From NCBI RefSeq assembly GCF_006345805.1, contig NC_043007.1:65968001-66032000 (forward strand): DNA of 64,000 nt, given 5' to 3'. This stretch comes from Octopus sinensis. Taxonomy: Eukaryota. The position numbers were made by a program, and so were the translations under genes. Of the stretch, positions 1 through 12,177 are shown piece by piece (positions within the stretch are counted from its first letter, which is position 1; each line of letters starts with the position of its first letter). Under the pieces are notes generated by a model. It was not told the origin of the DNA and ran no database searches. It worked only from the letters and a program-made list of their open reading frames with translations.

Positions 1-268
1 CCTCTAGAAACATGGGTGTTTCGTTCAGCATCCTTAAATAACCCTTATTCAAGGACCTTTTGAGTGGGATGGACTACTCGACCTAAAGAAAATTCTAACT
101 GGGCCCAACCTGCAAGGTTATGTGCTGCTTATCTTGACATAGAGTCACCATGTCGTGCACATCATTACTAACCGCCTGATAAGGCGGGTAGTTATGATGG
201 GGGTATTGGGCTTCCTATAGTTGTACCCGAGGGTCACGTTGATGGCATGCATTGCTCTATCACTCAGT
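1..268 (+). mobile_element. ~560-bp TAA-associated non-coding interspersed element, 3' part (runs off window start)
   Basis: Matches copies at 3810, 26722, 28385 and 28998; ends ...ctctatcactca followed by (TAA)n/(TAG)n. Confidence 0.8.
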
Positions 269-285
269 AATAATAATAATAATGA

Positions 286-341
<56 letters not shown>

Positions 342-639
342 AAAACAATAATTTCTTTTAGTAGCCACAGGGGCATAGATGAGGGAGACATCAGGAGGAA
401 AGACAATTTGTGAGGAGATTTGCACAACGGATGATTAGAAAGAAACGGCAAATACTGTTAAATGTGATAAAAGTATACATATTAAACCAAGTATGGGATA
501 ACATTAATGATGCAGTTCTAATAGAGAAAAAAAATTCAAACTAGAGTCAATAAAGGAACTCCACAGGTTCAGGATTATCCTGACCACCAAAGGTACGAGC
601 CATCTCTCATGGTCTCCAATCTACAGGCATAAGCTTAGA

Positions 640-1322
640 GTAGGGCCATTCATTCCGACTATTTTTACCAGTCACCCATCTCTTCACAAGTTTATCGGTA
701 GGCAGTCCTTCACACTCCACTCTCACTTACCTTTCCAAGTGGGACTTAAAAAAAAATCATTTAAGGCTTCACTGAAGAGGAAGATGTCTTTCACAATCCT
801 TTCAGCTATGTCTACCACAAAACCTCTTTCACCATCGCCACTAGAGTGAGGGATACCGTACGCCCCGACTTTTTAAATGTAGGTAGTGGGGCGATCCAAA
901 AGATGAATTCAGCCAATAGTCGTATTCGATAACAGCTATTCTCATAACTCTACAAGTAAGCAATCCTTGGACACGGGTGCGTGCTCGACGGTTTCATCGC
1001 ACTGAGCTCTTCTCGAATAGTCCCACTCGGCAGTACTCCGTGCCTGTAGAGTTTATCTCTAACTGGTAGTGATCCTTGGAAGCACTGGTAGACCGAGGAC
1101 TTCTAGAAGTTAACCATGGTAGTACTGAGAGCGATAGTCCTCCGAAATAGACCAGCGAGTTCATCGTCGATATATTGAGCTTTCTCTGATAACGCAATTG
1201 CTCTTAACCACTACTAGATATCTATACATTGCTAACATAGAACTTCTGCCGACCGAATAACCCGACTAGTAGAGGGCAGTGAGCGCCTGACGGTATTCCA
1301 GATGCCAGACGTCTAAAGATCT
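640..1322 (-). mobile_element. Degraded L1/Tx1-like LINE ORF2 C-terminal fragment
   Basis: Minus-strand translation with stops: WHLEYRQALTAL...SSMLAMYRYLV...RAQCDETVEHA (zinc-knuckle-like) ...LVAMVKEVLW*T*LKGL; CpG-rich. Confidence 0.6.
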
Positions 1323-1329
1323 TTGTGAA

Positions 1330-2829
1330 GACCGTATGTAAAATGAATGGCCTAGTTTCAACAGTGCAGATATTCAGCATGGATATCGGAATGGAATTTG
1401 TGACTAAAATGTGTGGTATGCTTATAATACACAAAGACAATGTAGTGTCGTATAATGGTATAGTACTACCCAACGATGAGAAAGGCAAGGGCATTGGGTC
1501 TGATGGATATAAGTATCTGGGTATTTTGGAATATTAAAAAAATCAAAGAAAGTGAAATGAAGGAAAGCTTTAAGCAAGAATTTCTCAGAAGGACCAAATT
1601 AATTATAGGAAGTAGACTCAATAGAAAAAACAAGATCAGTTCAATGAACACATGGGCTGTTTCTTTAATGCGATATGGCGCAAGTGTTGTTAGGGGGATA
1701 AAGAACGAGCTTGGGGAAATGAACAGGAAAACCAGGAAAGTGATGACAATTAACAAGGAACTACACACGAAAAGGGACATTGACAAGTTGTATGTGCTTA
1801 GGAACAAGGGAGGAAGAGGCCTCATAGGATGCGAAATCTGTGATGTCAACGAGAAGAACAGTCTGGGATAGTACATCAAATAACAGAGTGAATCCTTGCT
1901 TGCCGCTGTTAGAATTAGCATTACAAGACCTACCGAAAATGTGATGCACCCACAAATAATTAAGAAACAAGATGAAGAAAGAGTAAACAATAAGAAAATG
2001 AAACCACTGCATGGGCAATACATCAGAGAAGTCGAAGGAAAAGACAAGACCAACACTTGGAGATGACTGAAAAGAAGTGATCTGAAAGGATGCACCGAGG
2101 CATTGCTGTGCAGCGCTCAGGAACAAGCTCTGAGAACTAATTAAACGAAGTTCCAAATAAGTAAGAACAACGAATCGCCCCTTTGTAGGATGTGTGGCAG
2201 CAAAAACGAAACAATTTCACATATTGTGAGTGAGCGTAGCAAGCTGGCCCAAAGTCACTGCAAAAGGAGAGACGATAACATGGCTAAGTTTGTTCATTGG
2301 AGGTTATGTGAAAAGTACGGCCTGAACAGAGCACGGAAATGGTATGAACATGAACAGGAGTCACAGAGAACAAGTATATAAGATACTTTGAGATTTAACA
2401 ATCCAATGTGACTCCATAATCGATACTTGGAGACCAGACATTGTATTAGGTAAGGAAAAAAGGAAATCAAGATCATAGATATTGCAATACCTGAAAATGC
2501 ACGCATAAATGACAAAGCAGTGGAAAACATTTCAAAGTACAAACTACGAAAAGACGAAATTGCAAGAATGTAGACTATGAGGAGAGTGTCTGCCATTCCA
2601 GTAGTTGCAGGGTGTTTCAAGATATATGTCAAAGAAATCGGAATTGACATGAGAGCAGAGCAAGCCCAAACAACGGCTCTGTTGGGGACAGCTAGGATTC
2701 TGAGAGTGGTAGTAAGGTGTTGAATGTCTTCTGCGGAAAGAGAGCCCGTGAGACAGGCAAACAACAGACTGTTGTCCGCTCTCACAGAATGAACCTGAGC
2801 AAACAAGACTGAGCGCTCTGAGAAGTAAC

Positions 2830-2830
<1 letters not shown>
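1330..2830 (+). mobile_element. 5'-truncated, degraded R4/Dong-clade LINE (RT C-terminus, CCHC, REL endonuclease)
   Basis: TVQIFSMDIGMEF, YKYLGILEY, NTWAVSLMRYG, DIDKLYV...GGRGLIGC, CRMCGSKNETISHIVSE, RPDI/IIDIAIP; ends in (TAA)n. Confidence 0.92.
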
Positions 2831-2910
<80 letters not shown>

Positions 2911-2913
<3 letters not shown>

Positions 2914-3459
2914 AATGTAACGATTCTGTGGGACTTTCCAGTACATACAGACCAAACCATCAAAGCCAATAAACCAGATATTGTTGTGAAAGACAAAAAC
3001 AATAAAGTTTGCTTATTGATCGACATGAGCATCCCCTGTGATCATAATATCTCGGCGAAAGAGTTTGAATAGCTCAGAAAATATAAAGACCTGCTCATTG
3101 AAATTGAGAAAATGTGGCATCTCAAGGCGGTTACAATACCAGTGATCGTAGGAGCACTAGGAATGATCAAGAAGGGAACTGAAAATTATATGAGAATGAT
3201 CCCTGGCTTACCATCCCTGCAAGAAGTGCAAAAGATTGTCTTAACTGGTACATCACACATATTGAGAAGAGCATTGTCGCTGTGAGAGCTGTTACTGCCC
3301 ATGTATTTTAATTTAACCTTAAAAAAATTAAAAAAATGAACGAACTATTGAGTTTGGTTTAATGGCCTACCAATGTATACTATGAGTTTCTTTGCCCTAG
3401 GAGTCGGGAAGACGCTCGGCAAGAAATGGAAGCAAATTTGAAAGAAGAAGAAGAAAAAA

Positions 3460-3460
<1 letters not shown>
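2911..3460 (+). mobile_element. R4/Dong LINE 3' fragment (REL domain plus 3'UTR) inserted in (TAA)n
   Basis: Frame ILWDFPVHTDQTIKANKPDIVVKD...LIDMSIP...KYKDLLIEIEKMW...VIVGALG...HILRRALSL* (stop 3283-3285), one internal TAG; TAA repeats on both sides. Confidence 0.93.
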
Positions 3461-3510
<50 letters not shown>

Positions 3511-3529
3511 GATAATAATAATAATAATA

Positions 3530-3567
<38 letters not shown>

Positions 3568-3588
3568 TAATAATAATAATAATAATAT

Positions 3589-3782
3589 TTTCCACTATAG
3601 GCACATGGCCTGAAATTTGAGGAGAGGAACCAGTCGATTACATCGACCCCAGTGTTTCGCTGGTACTTAATTTATCGACCCCGAAAGGCTGAAAGGCAAA
3701 GTTGATCTCGGCAGAATTTAGAGACGACGAAATACCGCTAAGAATTTCGCCCAGTGTGCTAATGATTCTGCCGACTCATCGA
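3589..3782 (-). mobile_element. tRNA-type SINE family A
   Basis: Matches 61660-61892 copy (atcgaccccgaaagg..gaaaggcaaagt motif; box-B-like sequence). Confidence 0.8.
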
Positions 3783-3809
3783 GTATTACTATTATTAAAT
3801 AATAATAAT

Positions 3810-4015
3810 CGACCTGAAGAAAATTCTAACTGGGCACCCACCTGCAGGGCCATGCACTGTTTATCTTAATATGAGATTACCATATCGCGCACATATGGTT
3901 GTGATGCATGTACCTGGCGTACCTTTATCAGACGGGTAGTCATGATGGGTATATTGGGCTTCGTATATTTTACCCCAGTGTCACTTTGATGGCATGCATC
4001 GCTCTCTCACTCAAT
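3810..4015 (+). mobile_element. 5'-truncated copy of the ~560-bp TAA-associated element
   Basis: Starts after (AAT)n and ends ...ctctctcactca|ataataat. Confidence 0.85.
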
Positions 4016-4030
4016 AATAATAGTAACAAT

Positions 4031-4262
4031 AGGAGCATTAGATATGATTAAAAAGCATACAAATACATAACCAAAGCACCCGGAATTACGAATACATGTA
4101 ACATACAGAAATAGCACTAGTAGGCACCGCACACATCCTACGTAAAGCACTTTTAATACAGCGAAAATAACAACTCAAAAACAATCCACAGCACATACCC
4201 TAAGGGACACAGAGCTGTGCTAAGTAGTGCAGTGAAAGCACGAGATAAAAATAAAACTATTG
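4031..4262 (+). mobile_element. R4/Dong LINE extreme 3' fragment
   Basis: GALDMIKK...ALVGTAHILRKAL; similar to 28090-28225; followed by degenerate TAA triplets. Confidence 0.75.
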
Positions 4263-4667
4263 AACAATGATAGCAATGATAATAATAGTAATTTTGATAA
4301 TGATAATGATAATGATAATGATGACGACGGCGACGACGACAACGATGAAGATGATGCTGATGCTGATGATAATGATGACCAGACTCTATGAATATTTTAT
4401 TAAGTTCGGATATCAAAGTGACGGGACAATAGGGATTGAAAAATGTTAATGAGAATTCTTTGAAAAGTTACACATTCTTCAAATATTTAGGAATGCCGTG
4501 TGAAGCCAATTTGTGTTGTTACAATTCCTTTTGATTGGCGTAGTTGTTGTTACTGTAGTCGTTGAGGATGAGCCCTCTTGACAATTCATATTGAGCAAGA
4601 TCTATGACCATCAAGATAATTTGGGATGTAGCTGGGCTTGTGAATCCTTACTAATTTTATCTTTTTA

Positions 4668-4885
4668 ACTTTTACTTGTTGCAATCATTGAACCGCAGCC
4701 ATGCTGGGACACCGTCTAGAAGAATTTTTAGTCGAATGAATCGATCCAAGTATTTATTTATTTTATCAAAGCCCTGTATTGTTCTATAGGTTTTTTATGC
4801 CGAACCACTAAGATATGGGGAGATAAACACACAGACACCGGTTGTCAAGCGGTGGTGAAGGACAATCACAGACACAAAAGCACAC
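4668..4885 (+). mobile_element. Interspersed SINE-like family D (tttcagtcatttgactgcggccatgctgg... type)
   Basis: Related copies at 16233 (partial), 19250-19680 (-), 30975-31175, 32935-33010 (-) and 60510-60660; usually ends in (CA)n. Confidence 0.7.
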
Positions 4886-5124
4886 ATTCTTATATATATG
4901 ACAAGTAAAGCAGCTAGTTATAAAAACTCTGACAGAGATAAAAGCAGTAAGTGTACTGGAAAGTAATGTGTCGTCACTTCAACGTGGCTGTCCCGTAGGA
5001 ACGGACGTTACTGCGATTTTTTAACCCCCATGAGGACATTTCATGTAACTGGTTAACGATGCAACCTGCATCCGATATATTGCAAGCAGGGGAAAGAACA
5101 CCTACCACATTCTAGCGACAGGAC

Positions 5125-5172
5125 CAGCAAACCAGCATGGTTTCGGGCTGTTTGTACCCTTCCTCTGTGCTG
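5125..5172 (-). ncRNA. Minimal type-I hammerhead ribozyme-like motif (core U4 changed to A)
   Basis: Minus strand CAGCA-CAGAGGA-A-GGG[tacaaacag]CCC-GAA-ACC[atgct]GGT-T-TGCTG; stems I, II and III all pair. Confidence 0.7.
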
Positions 5173-5214
5173 AACACCTTGTCCGCTGGAAATGTCAGTG
5201 GTTAGCTCAAGTAT

Positions 5215-5580
5215 TGAAAACATTTCTATAAAACTAGTTTTTAAAAATCGACTTGGTAGTGGGGTCCACTAGAATAAAATAGTAATCAAAGGGGTCCACG
5301 CAACAAAATAGCAAATTGGGAATCCGCAATAGTATTTTAAGGACCCTGAAAAACGTTTGCTTTAGATGTATGTACTGGTATGTATTGCAAGAAACAGCTA
5401 GGTTTCTTTCCCTGATATTTTACATAGTTCAGCTTACATAAGTTAATAAGCAAAATAAGAATTTTGAAAAAAGTTTCTATAAGGCAAGTTTTTAAGCATC
5501 GAATGTTTATGGGGGTCCACTAGAATAAAACAGTAATCAAATGGGTCCATAGATAAAAAATAATGGTAGAGAAACCATGG
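5215..5580 (+). mobile_element. hAT-like MITE right-end fragment with internal ~80-bp duplication
   Basis: ggggtccactagaataaaa..gtaatcaaa occurs twice; end resembles MITEs at 19380 and 60236. Confidence 0.5.
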
Positions 5581-6369
5581 CTTATACCATTTATACCATT
5601 ACCAATAGTGCCGTTATTCTCCCCGCCGTGAACGCTGTCATCACCATTGGTGTTATTACGATCATCATAATCACTATCATTACATTCACCACCATTATGA
5701 TTCTTACTAGTTCCATCTCAATCAACAGCAGCAGCACCACCACCACCACCGTGTGGAAGGTTAGAATGTGACAGAGGGACCAAAACGGATGTCTTGCTGT
5801 TGAGGAGGTACATGGTTACCCAGCCAGAGAGAGAGAGAGAGAGAGATAGTGGGGGGGGAGTGGGAGAGAAAGAGAGGGAGAGAAAAACTGGGAGAGGTAG
5901 AGAAAGATGAAGGCAGAAATAGGTATGCCGCTGAAGAAGAGGGAAAGGTTACCTAGAGAGAAAGGGACAGTTAAGAAGAAAGAGGTGTGCTGCTTTAAAG
6001 GAGATGCATGGTTACCTAGCCAGAGGTAAGAACAGTGTGATATCAAGAAAAGGGAAAAAGGGAAAATTAGAAAGCTTCTAACAATGTGGAATGTTTCACA
6101 AAACTTTTATTTCAAGCACAAAGGCACATCCTTAGAAGAAAAACGGTCTGGGAAATGTCTAGTTAACCTATTCAAATTCATCGGTATTATGTTCGTAGCA
6201 GTCACTCTCCAATTACAACAACTACTACATTAGTTGTACAGTATGACCACTATCATTCATTTTAAACTTTTTGAAAAAAAAATTTATATATATTACTTGT
6301 TATTTATGTATTGGTTTATGTCTATCAGTTTGAGTTGCATAATAGTGGTTTTATCTCTTATATTTTATA

Positions 6370-6422
6370 TATATATATACATGGCCGAGAAGCAAACTTC
6401 TTACCACATAGCCACGCCTGTA

Positions 6423-6461
<39 letters not shown>

Positions 6462-6880
6462 GGGAGTATATATAAATACACACACACGTGCGTATGCATA
6501 TGTGCATATATGTATGCATGTATATATGTATCTATGCGTATACTTACATATGTATGCATGCATGTGTGTATGTATGCATATATGTATGTATTATGCGTAC
6601 ATGTATGTATGCATGTACGTGTGTATTATGCATACATGTATGTATGCATGTATGTATACATGTATGTATATATGTATGTATGCATGGATGCATGCATACA
6701 TCCATGTATGTATGCATGTACATATATATGTCTGTATGTATGCATGGATGCATATATGTATGTGTGTATGTATGTGTGTGTATGTATGTATGTATGTATG
6801 TATGTATGTATGTATGTATGTATCTATGGGAGTGTGTGTACATCTGTGTAAGCGCTCGCATGTGCGTTTGTGTGTTTTGA
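6370..6880. repeat. (TA)n/(TATG)n compound microsatellite
   Basis: Direct inspection. Confidence 0.95.
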
Positions 6881-7368
6881 GTACGCGTATAGCCCGCTTC
6901 GTTTAACTGAATGCATGCATCTAATATTTCGAGAGCTCTGTTCTTCTGTTAAGTCGTTCCGTGCCACTAGCGATCCAGTAGTGCAAATAAAAGTGTTATT
7001 CGACCGACAATTTCTTCACTTAGCTACTATCTGACCTGTGGTCAACCTGTAATCACTTGTGTTTGCAGTTGGCTTTGCCTGATGGGAGGTGTTGGTTTTT
7101 GTTTATGAGGGGGAGGGGGCCGGAAGAAGGGGGTGGGTACAGTTTTGGCAAGAATATGAGGGAGGCTAATCTTTTAATACATTCTCTTTGAAGTAAGCAT
7201 TCTAATTATTTTCCTCTGGGTTTGTATCATTTTCTTTTTTCTCTTCTTTTCTTCCTCTCACTATCTGCACGCATTATGCATGCGCATCTCCTCTACACAT
7301 AGACACACACAAGCACACACATACTAATACCCACGAAGGCGCTCAGACACAAACACACACGCATAGGT

Positions 7369-7399
<31 letters not shown>

Positions 7400-7588
7400 C
7401 ACACACATGTATATGCCCGTGTGCTGAGGGAGTTTGTCTCCCTTGTCAGTCGTTAAGATAAGTGCTTTCTAGTGGCTATGAGTTCTTTTGACTCTTATTT
7501 CTAGCAATACTGGTGCTGAATAGTACCTCCTAGTCACTTTAGTGACGTACATATTTCTGCCTTTCGGTTGAAAAATTGCGAATCAGCC

Positions 7589-7684
<96 letters not shown>

Positions 7685-7865
7685 GTATGATGAATCCAAA
7701 CAAAGAAGAACAAACATGAAAAAACAACACGAGGACATGGTACAAGTAATGTATTATCAGACGCTCAGGAAAGAGGATTTAACGTTTCGAGAAAAGCTCT
7801 TCTTCAGAAATAGAGGAAAATCCAAAAGAAGGAAAGACGGAGGAAGAAAATCGCGAACGATTCAC

Positions 7866-7928
<63 letters not shown>

Positions 7929-8042
7929 GCACGCACGCACGCACACACACACACGCACACACACATATCGCCATGTTGATTCGCTAGCTTCTGCACGCAT
8001 TTTTTTTCTCTCCTTGTTTCTTTCTGTGTTTCTTTTCTGTGT

Positions 8043-8175
8043 ATCTTTCTGTTGAAGAGCGTAGGCTCGAAACGTAAAAGACTTGTTTTATTTATATTCC
8101 TGAGCGCCATACTAATACAATTGTTTGTTTGTATTCCACCTGCCTTCGTCTTTTGTTTATTTTCATAAAGCTTCC
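8043..8175 (+). mobile_element. PLE terminal-repeat-like fragment with hammerhead-like motif (8043-8082)
   Basis: tcttt-CTGTTGA-A-GAGC[gtag]GCTC-GAAAC-GT-A-aaaga; same motif at 31968 (-) and 32160 (+). Confidence 0.7.
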
Positions 8176-8419
8176 CGTTATATATATATACATATATGGA
8201 CGTAGTAGATATTACTCAGAACGCCTGTCATGCCTACAGGAGATGTAAGTTTGTGTCCACGGGCTACCTCCGACTTTTCTATCCCAAAGGGTTTATCGAC
8301 CCAATATTTACATGATGACATTTATAGCATTGTGTGTGCATCAGGATCTGCTGTGCTTTAGCAGAATTATTCCACCTTGTGTCGAAAATTCATAAATTTC
8401 TTACGGCACCATGGGTTTT

Positions 8420-8610
8420 GCAGTAAATCACTAAATCATCCATAACTTTTTTATTATCCTCTCAAATTACATCAAATTCTTAGACAATAACAAATAATAT
8501 CGTATTTATTGTCTGTGAAAATTATAGAATATAAAACAACTTTGATAAAAACTTATACCTACTTTTCTGATGAAAACAATGCCGTTCTGAACATTTTGGC
8601 CGCAACTGTA
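8420..8610 (+). mobile_element. Possible Tc1-like right terminus
   Basis: Ends ...gaacattttggccgcaactg|ta, resembling a Tc1 TIR plus TA; no matching left end found. Confidence 0.3.
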
Positions 8611-8817
8611 TATATATGTATGTATAGTTCAAAAAGATGAGGACAGGTGAGGAAACAAGAAGCAGGTTTATTAGTTTGGCTCTCAGGAAGAATGCAAAAA
8701 ATGTTGACGTTTCTTGCCTACGCCCTTCGACAGAAAGGATTGAGAGAGGAGAAATTGGAGAGAGAACGAATAAAAAAAATGGAGAGAGAGAAAAAATGTG
8801 TAGGGATTAATGGTTCA

Positions 8818-8850
<33 letters not shown>

Positions 8851-9072
8851 CACACAAACAAACACACACACACACACACATACATATCTCTTCTCATTGG
8901 ACTGCGGTTGTGATGGGGCACTGCCTCAGAGACTTTAGTTGACCGCAGTACTTACTTTTTAAGCATAATATTCATTATAGCGTTCTCGCTGAGTTATAGG
9001 AATATAAAGAACACCGATTGTCGGGTGGCATCGGGAGATAAACAACACAAACACACAGATATACACACCCAC

Positions 9073-9105
<33 letters not shown>

Positions 9106-9321
9106 TGTATGTATGTATGTATGTGAGCGTCTTATTAATACTTTGCATGTACCACGCCCTCGCCTTGTTGCGTTTTCTTGTCTTTCTCCGTCTTTTTGAT
9201 TAATTATATATATATATGTGTGTGTATACATACATACATGCATACATACACACACACATACACACACACATACATACATACATACATACTACATACATAC
9301 ATACATACATACATACATACA

Positions 9322-9357
<36 letters not shown>

Positions 9358-10144
9358 TACGTACGCCAGACGACCCAGAAATGCGGCTAAGATAGATGGC
9401 GCAGATAGTTAACAGGAACCTCCATCGCCACTATATATAACACAATTGTTACTAGTAATATTGGGCAAGCTGCATGTTGCTGTATCCATATCTTGCCGTA
9501 AACTCCAAGCTGTATCTCTTCCCCTGTATGTAATTATTGCTCTTGCCATCCGTAAGAAGCGAACGCAATTTGTCTTTATGTGAGATGATAAAAATCTTCT
9601 CTTAAATGTTCACGGGTGTTGTTCAGTTATTTCTACACGCTGCCCAAGAAATATATTTTCCTTGATAAACCCAGCCAGACATCACCAGAGACAAGCCGAA
9701 CAACCTTCAGACCGCGAAAAGTGTATTAACGTTAAATGTATGTTTGTGCTATTTTGTTCTGCAACGCTGCGGTCAAAAACGGAAGTCAACTGCACAATCT
9801 ACAAATGAACAGAACGCATGCGTATATACACATACATTTCTCATACATATATCCGTGTGCATATGTCTGTTTATGCGTGTCTGCCAAAGCTGTAATTATA
9901 AACAAGCATGAAATTAAATAGATGAAATATACTTCCGGTTGGATAAAAAGACGACTGAATATCACAAAAAACACGAGACCAAACAATTACACACACACAT
10001 ACACACACCTACACACAGACACAAGCATATATATATATACATTCATATGCTTGCGCGTGTCTATGTATACATATACACGAACATATATACGTACATAGAT
10101 AAATTAATAATAACAACAACACCACCAACAACAACAACAACAAC

Positions 10145-10198
<54 letters not shown>

Positions 10199-10419
10199 AG
10201 GCGAAAAGAAAAAGACAGAAAATAAGAAGACAGAAAAAAGAGGAAAGAAAAAAGAAAAGGAAAAAGAATATTTATTCAAACAGTTTTGTATAAAATTGGT
10301 GATATTCTCCTGTCATTTTATTCATCTATAAAAACTGTATGATTAAATATTCTTTTTCATTTTCTTTTTTCTTTCCTCTTTTTTTCTGTGTTCTTTTTTC
10401 TGTCTTTTTCTTTTCGCCT
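10199..10419. repeat. Fold-back inverted repeat, ~89-bp arms, ~43-bp spacer
   Basis: aggcgaaaagaaaaagacag...cagtttt (10199-10287) is the reverse complement of aaaactg...ctgtctttttcttttcgcct (10331-10419). Confidence 0.9.
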
Positions 10420-10656
10420 GTTATAAAATTGAAACTTAGAGACTGATGATGCCATTCCATCAACGTGTGGACGCTGGTTGCTCTCGTTCGTACTTTAAAT
10501 TTAAATTTCTATAATTTTGAATTTTTATCACTTCTTAATAATAACACTGATCTGTATTTGGGAATTTTTCATTATTTTTATTCAAGGATCTGTGGCGATA
10601 TGCACCGGGTAAATACATATTCTTGGGGCTGCTGATTTTAAATATCTAAACCATTT

Positions 10657-11610
10657 CACTCCGTCACATAAGGATGTTGAATAAAATACAAATTAATAAT
10701 AATAATAAATGTGAATTTTTAATAAATTGTCACTTTATTAAAATGAAGCAACTAATCAAAGAAAAGCACATTCTGTTAGTTTTAAGAACATATGTTTTCC
10801 AAATCAACATGAAATGAACCACTTTCATTATGAAATGAATCAGAATTATCATCATCAAACCAAATGAGTGTAAAAAATATACACCTGATGGTTAGCCTAC
10901 ATATTGATTCAAAGGAAGGAGAACCGCTTTGATTTCCGCTTGTGCTGTGCATCGACACCATCACATTTCAATGACCGGCAGAAATCCACCACCATTATAC
11001 TGACATTCCATTTGCCCTTGTATCGAGTTTCCATGGTGCAAATGTCTTCATGGAACCGCTGTCTTTGTTCCTCACTGTAGTCCCTACAATTCTTGGGAAA
11101 ATAGTCAAGATGCGGGTGCAAAAAATGCGTTTTCACACTCATTCTAGACCCAATTTGTTGGAAACTTGATATCAAGTCTTGTATAACTTTTTCATATTCT
11201 GGGAAGAGGCTGTTTCCCAAGAAGATTTGGACATTCTTCTTGAAGGAAAACCAGGCTTTCACTTCGACACCTGCTAATGCATCCTCAAAATGCTTGTCCC
11301 TCATCAATTCTCGAATCTGAGGGCCAACAAAGATTCCTGCTTTTAGTTTGCCTTCACTTATACGAGGAAACTTTTACTCCAGATACTTGAAAGTAGTTCC
11401 AGTGTTGTTCAGAGCCTTCGCAAATTTTTCATAAGCCCTAATTTGATGTGGAGGGGTGGCAGCAGAACTTTTTTTTTTGGGGGGGGGGGCAACTAGAGAC
11501 ACAGCTTTTACGTTGTGATTTCCGGGTAAAAAGCTGGTTCTTGGTGGCCAGTCTTTTTTTCATAGTGCTGGCTCTCTGCCCTACTATCCCAAAGACACAC
11601 ACATACACAA
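10657..11610 (-). mobile_element. DNA transposon remnant with transposase C-terminal half, Chapaev3 (CMC)-like
   Basis: CLWDSRA..HY..KDWP, LPPLHIKLGLMK, KLKAGIFVGPQIRELM, KTHFLHPHLDYFP, SEEQRQRFHEDI..METRYKGKW; putative terminus starts CAC at 10657. Transposase is clear; family assignment is from memory. Confidence 0.7.
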
Positions 11611-12133
11611 AAAACAGGGATACTTAGTGTATAGTCCCTTAATGTCCTCGTAGGAGAGCAATAACTTTTAAATCACTACAAATGAGAAAATTGTGATTAT
11701 GGTACTTGATTGCAGTTATTATTGTCTTCATTCATCTGCTTTGTACGACATCCCCATGTGTTTAATAAGGCCAGAAATAAGAGTAAAACATATGTGCGTA
11801 TGTATGTATGTATGCATGTATGTATGTGCGTGTATGTATGTATGTATGCATGTATGTATGTATATATATATATTTGTATATATCTGTACACACACACTGA
11901 TTACTAATGAAAAAACATGATAATTCTAGTCACTTTCGATTGTCTTCTTTCGTCTCTCTCTCTCAATCTCTCTCTCTCTCTCTCTGTTCCTTCTTTTATT
12001 TATTTGTTAATTTAACTTTGGCAGTTTCTATGCCAAACTACGGCAGTTACACACACACACACACACACACGCACATACACATACATATATGTGTGTATAA
12101 TCGTGTATGCATGTGGTATTTACCAGAACTACC

Positions 12134-12177
<44 letters not shown>

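Noticed and set aside
900-1320. Possible synthetic, reversed or foreign insert (many restriction-like palindromes, no CpG depletion)
   Set aside because: Reversed and complemented readings gave nothing recognisable, whereas the minus strand translates to Tx1/L1-like motifs continuing to about 640
6234-6906. Overlapping ORFs of 105-205 aa
   Set aside because: (TATG)n/(TA)n read-through
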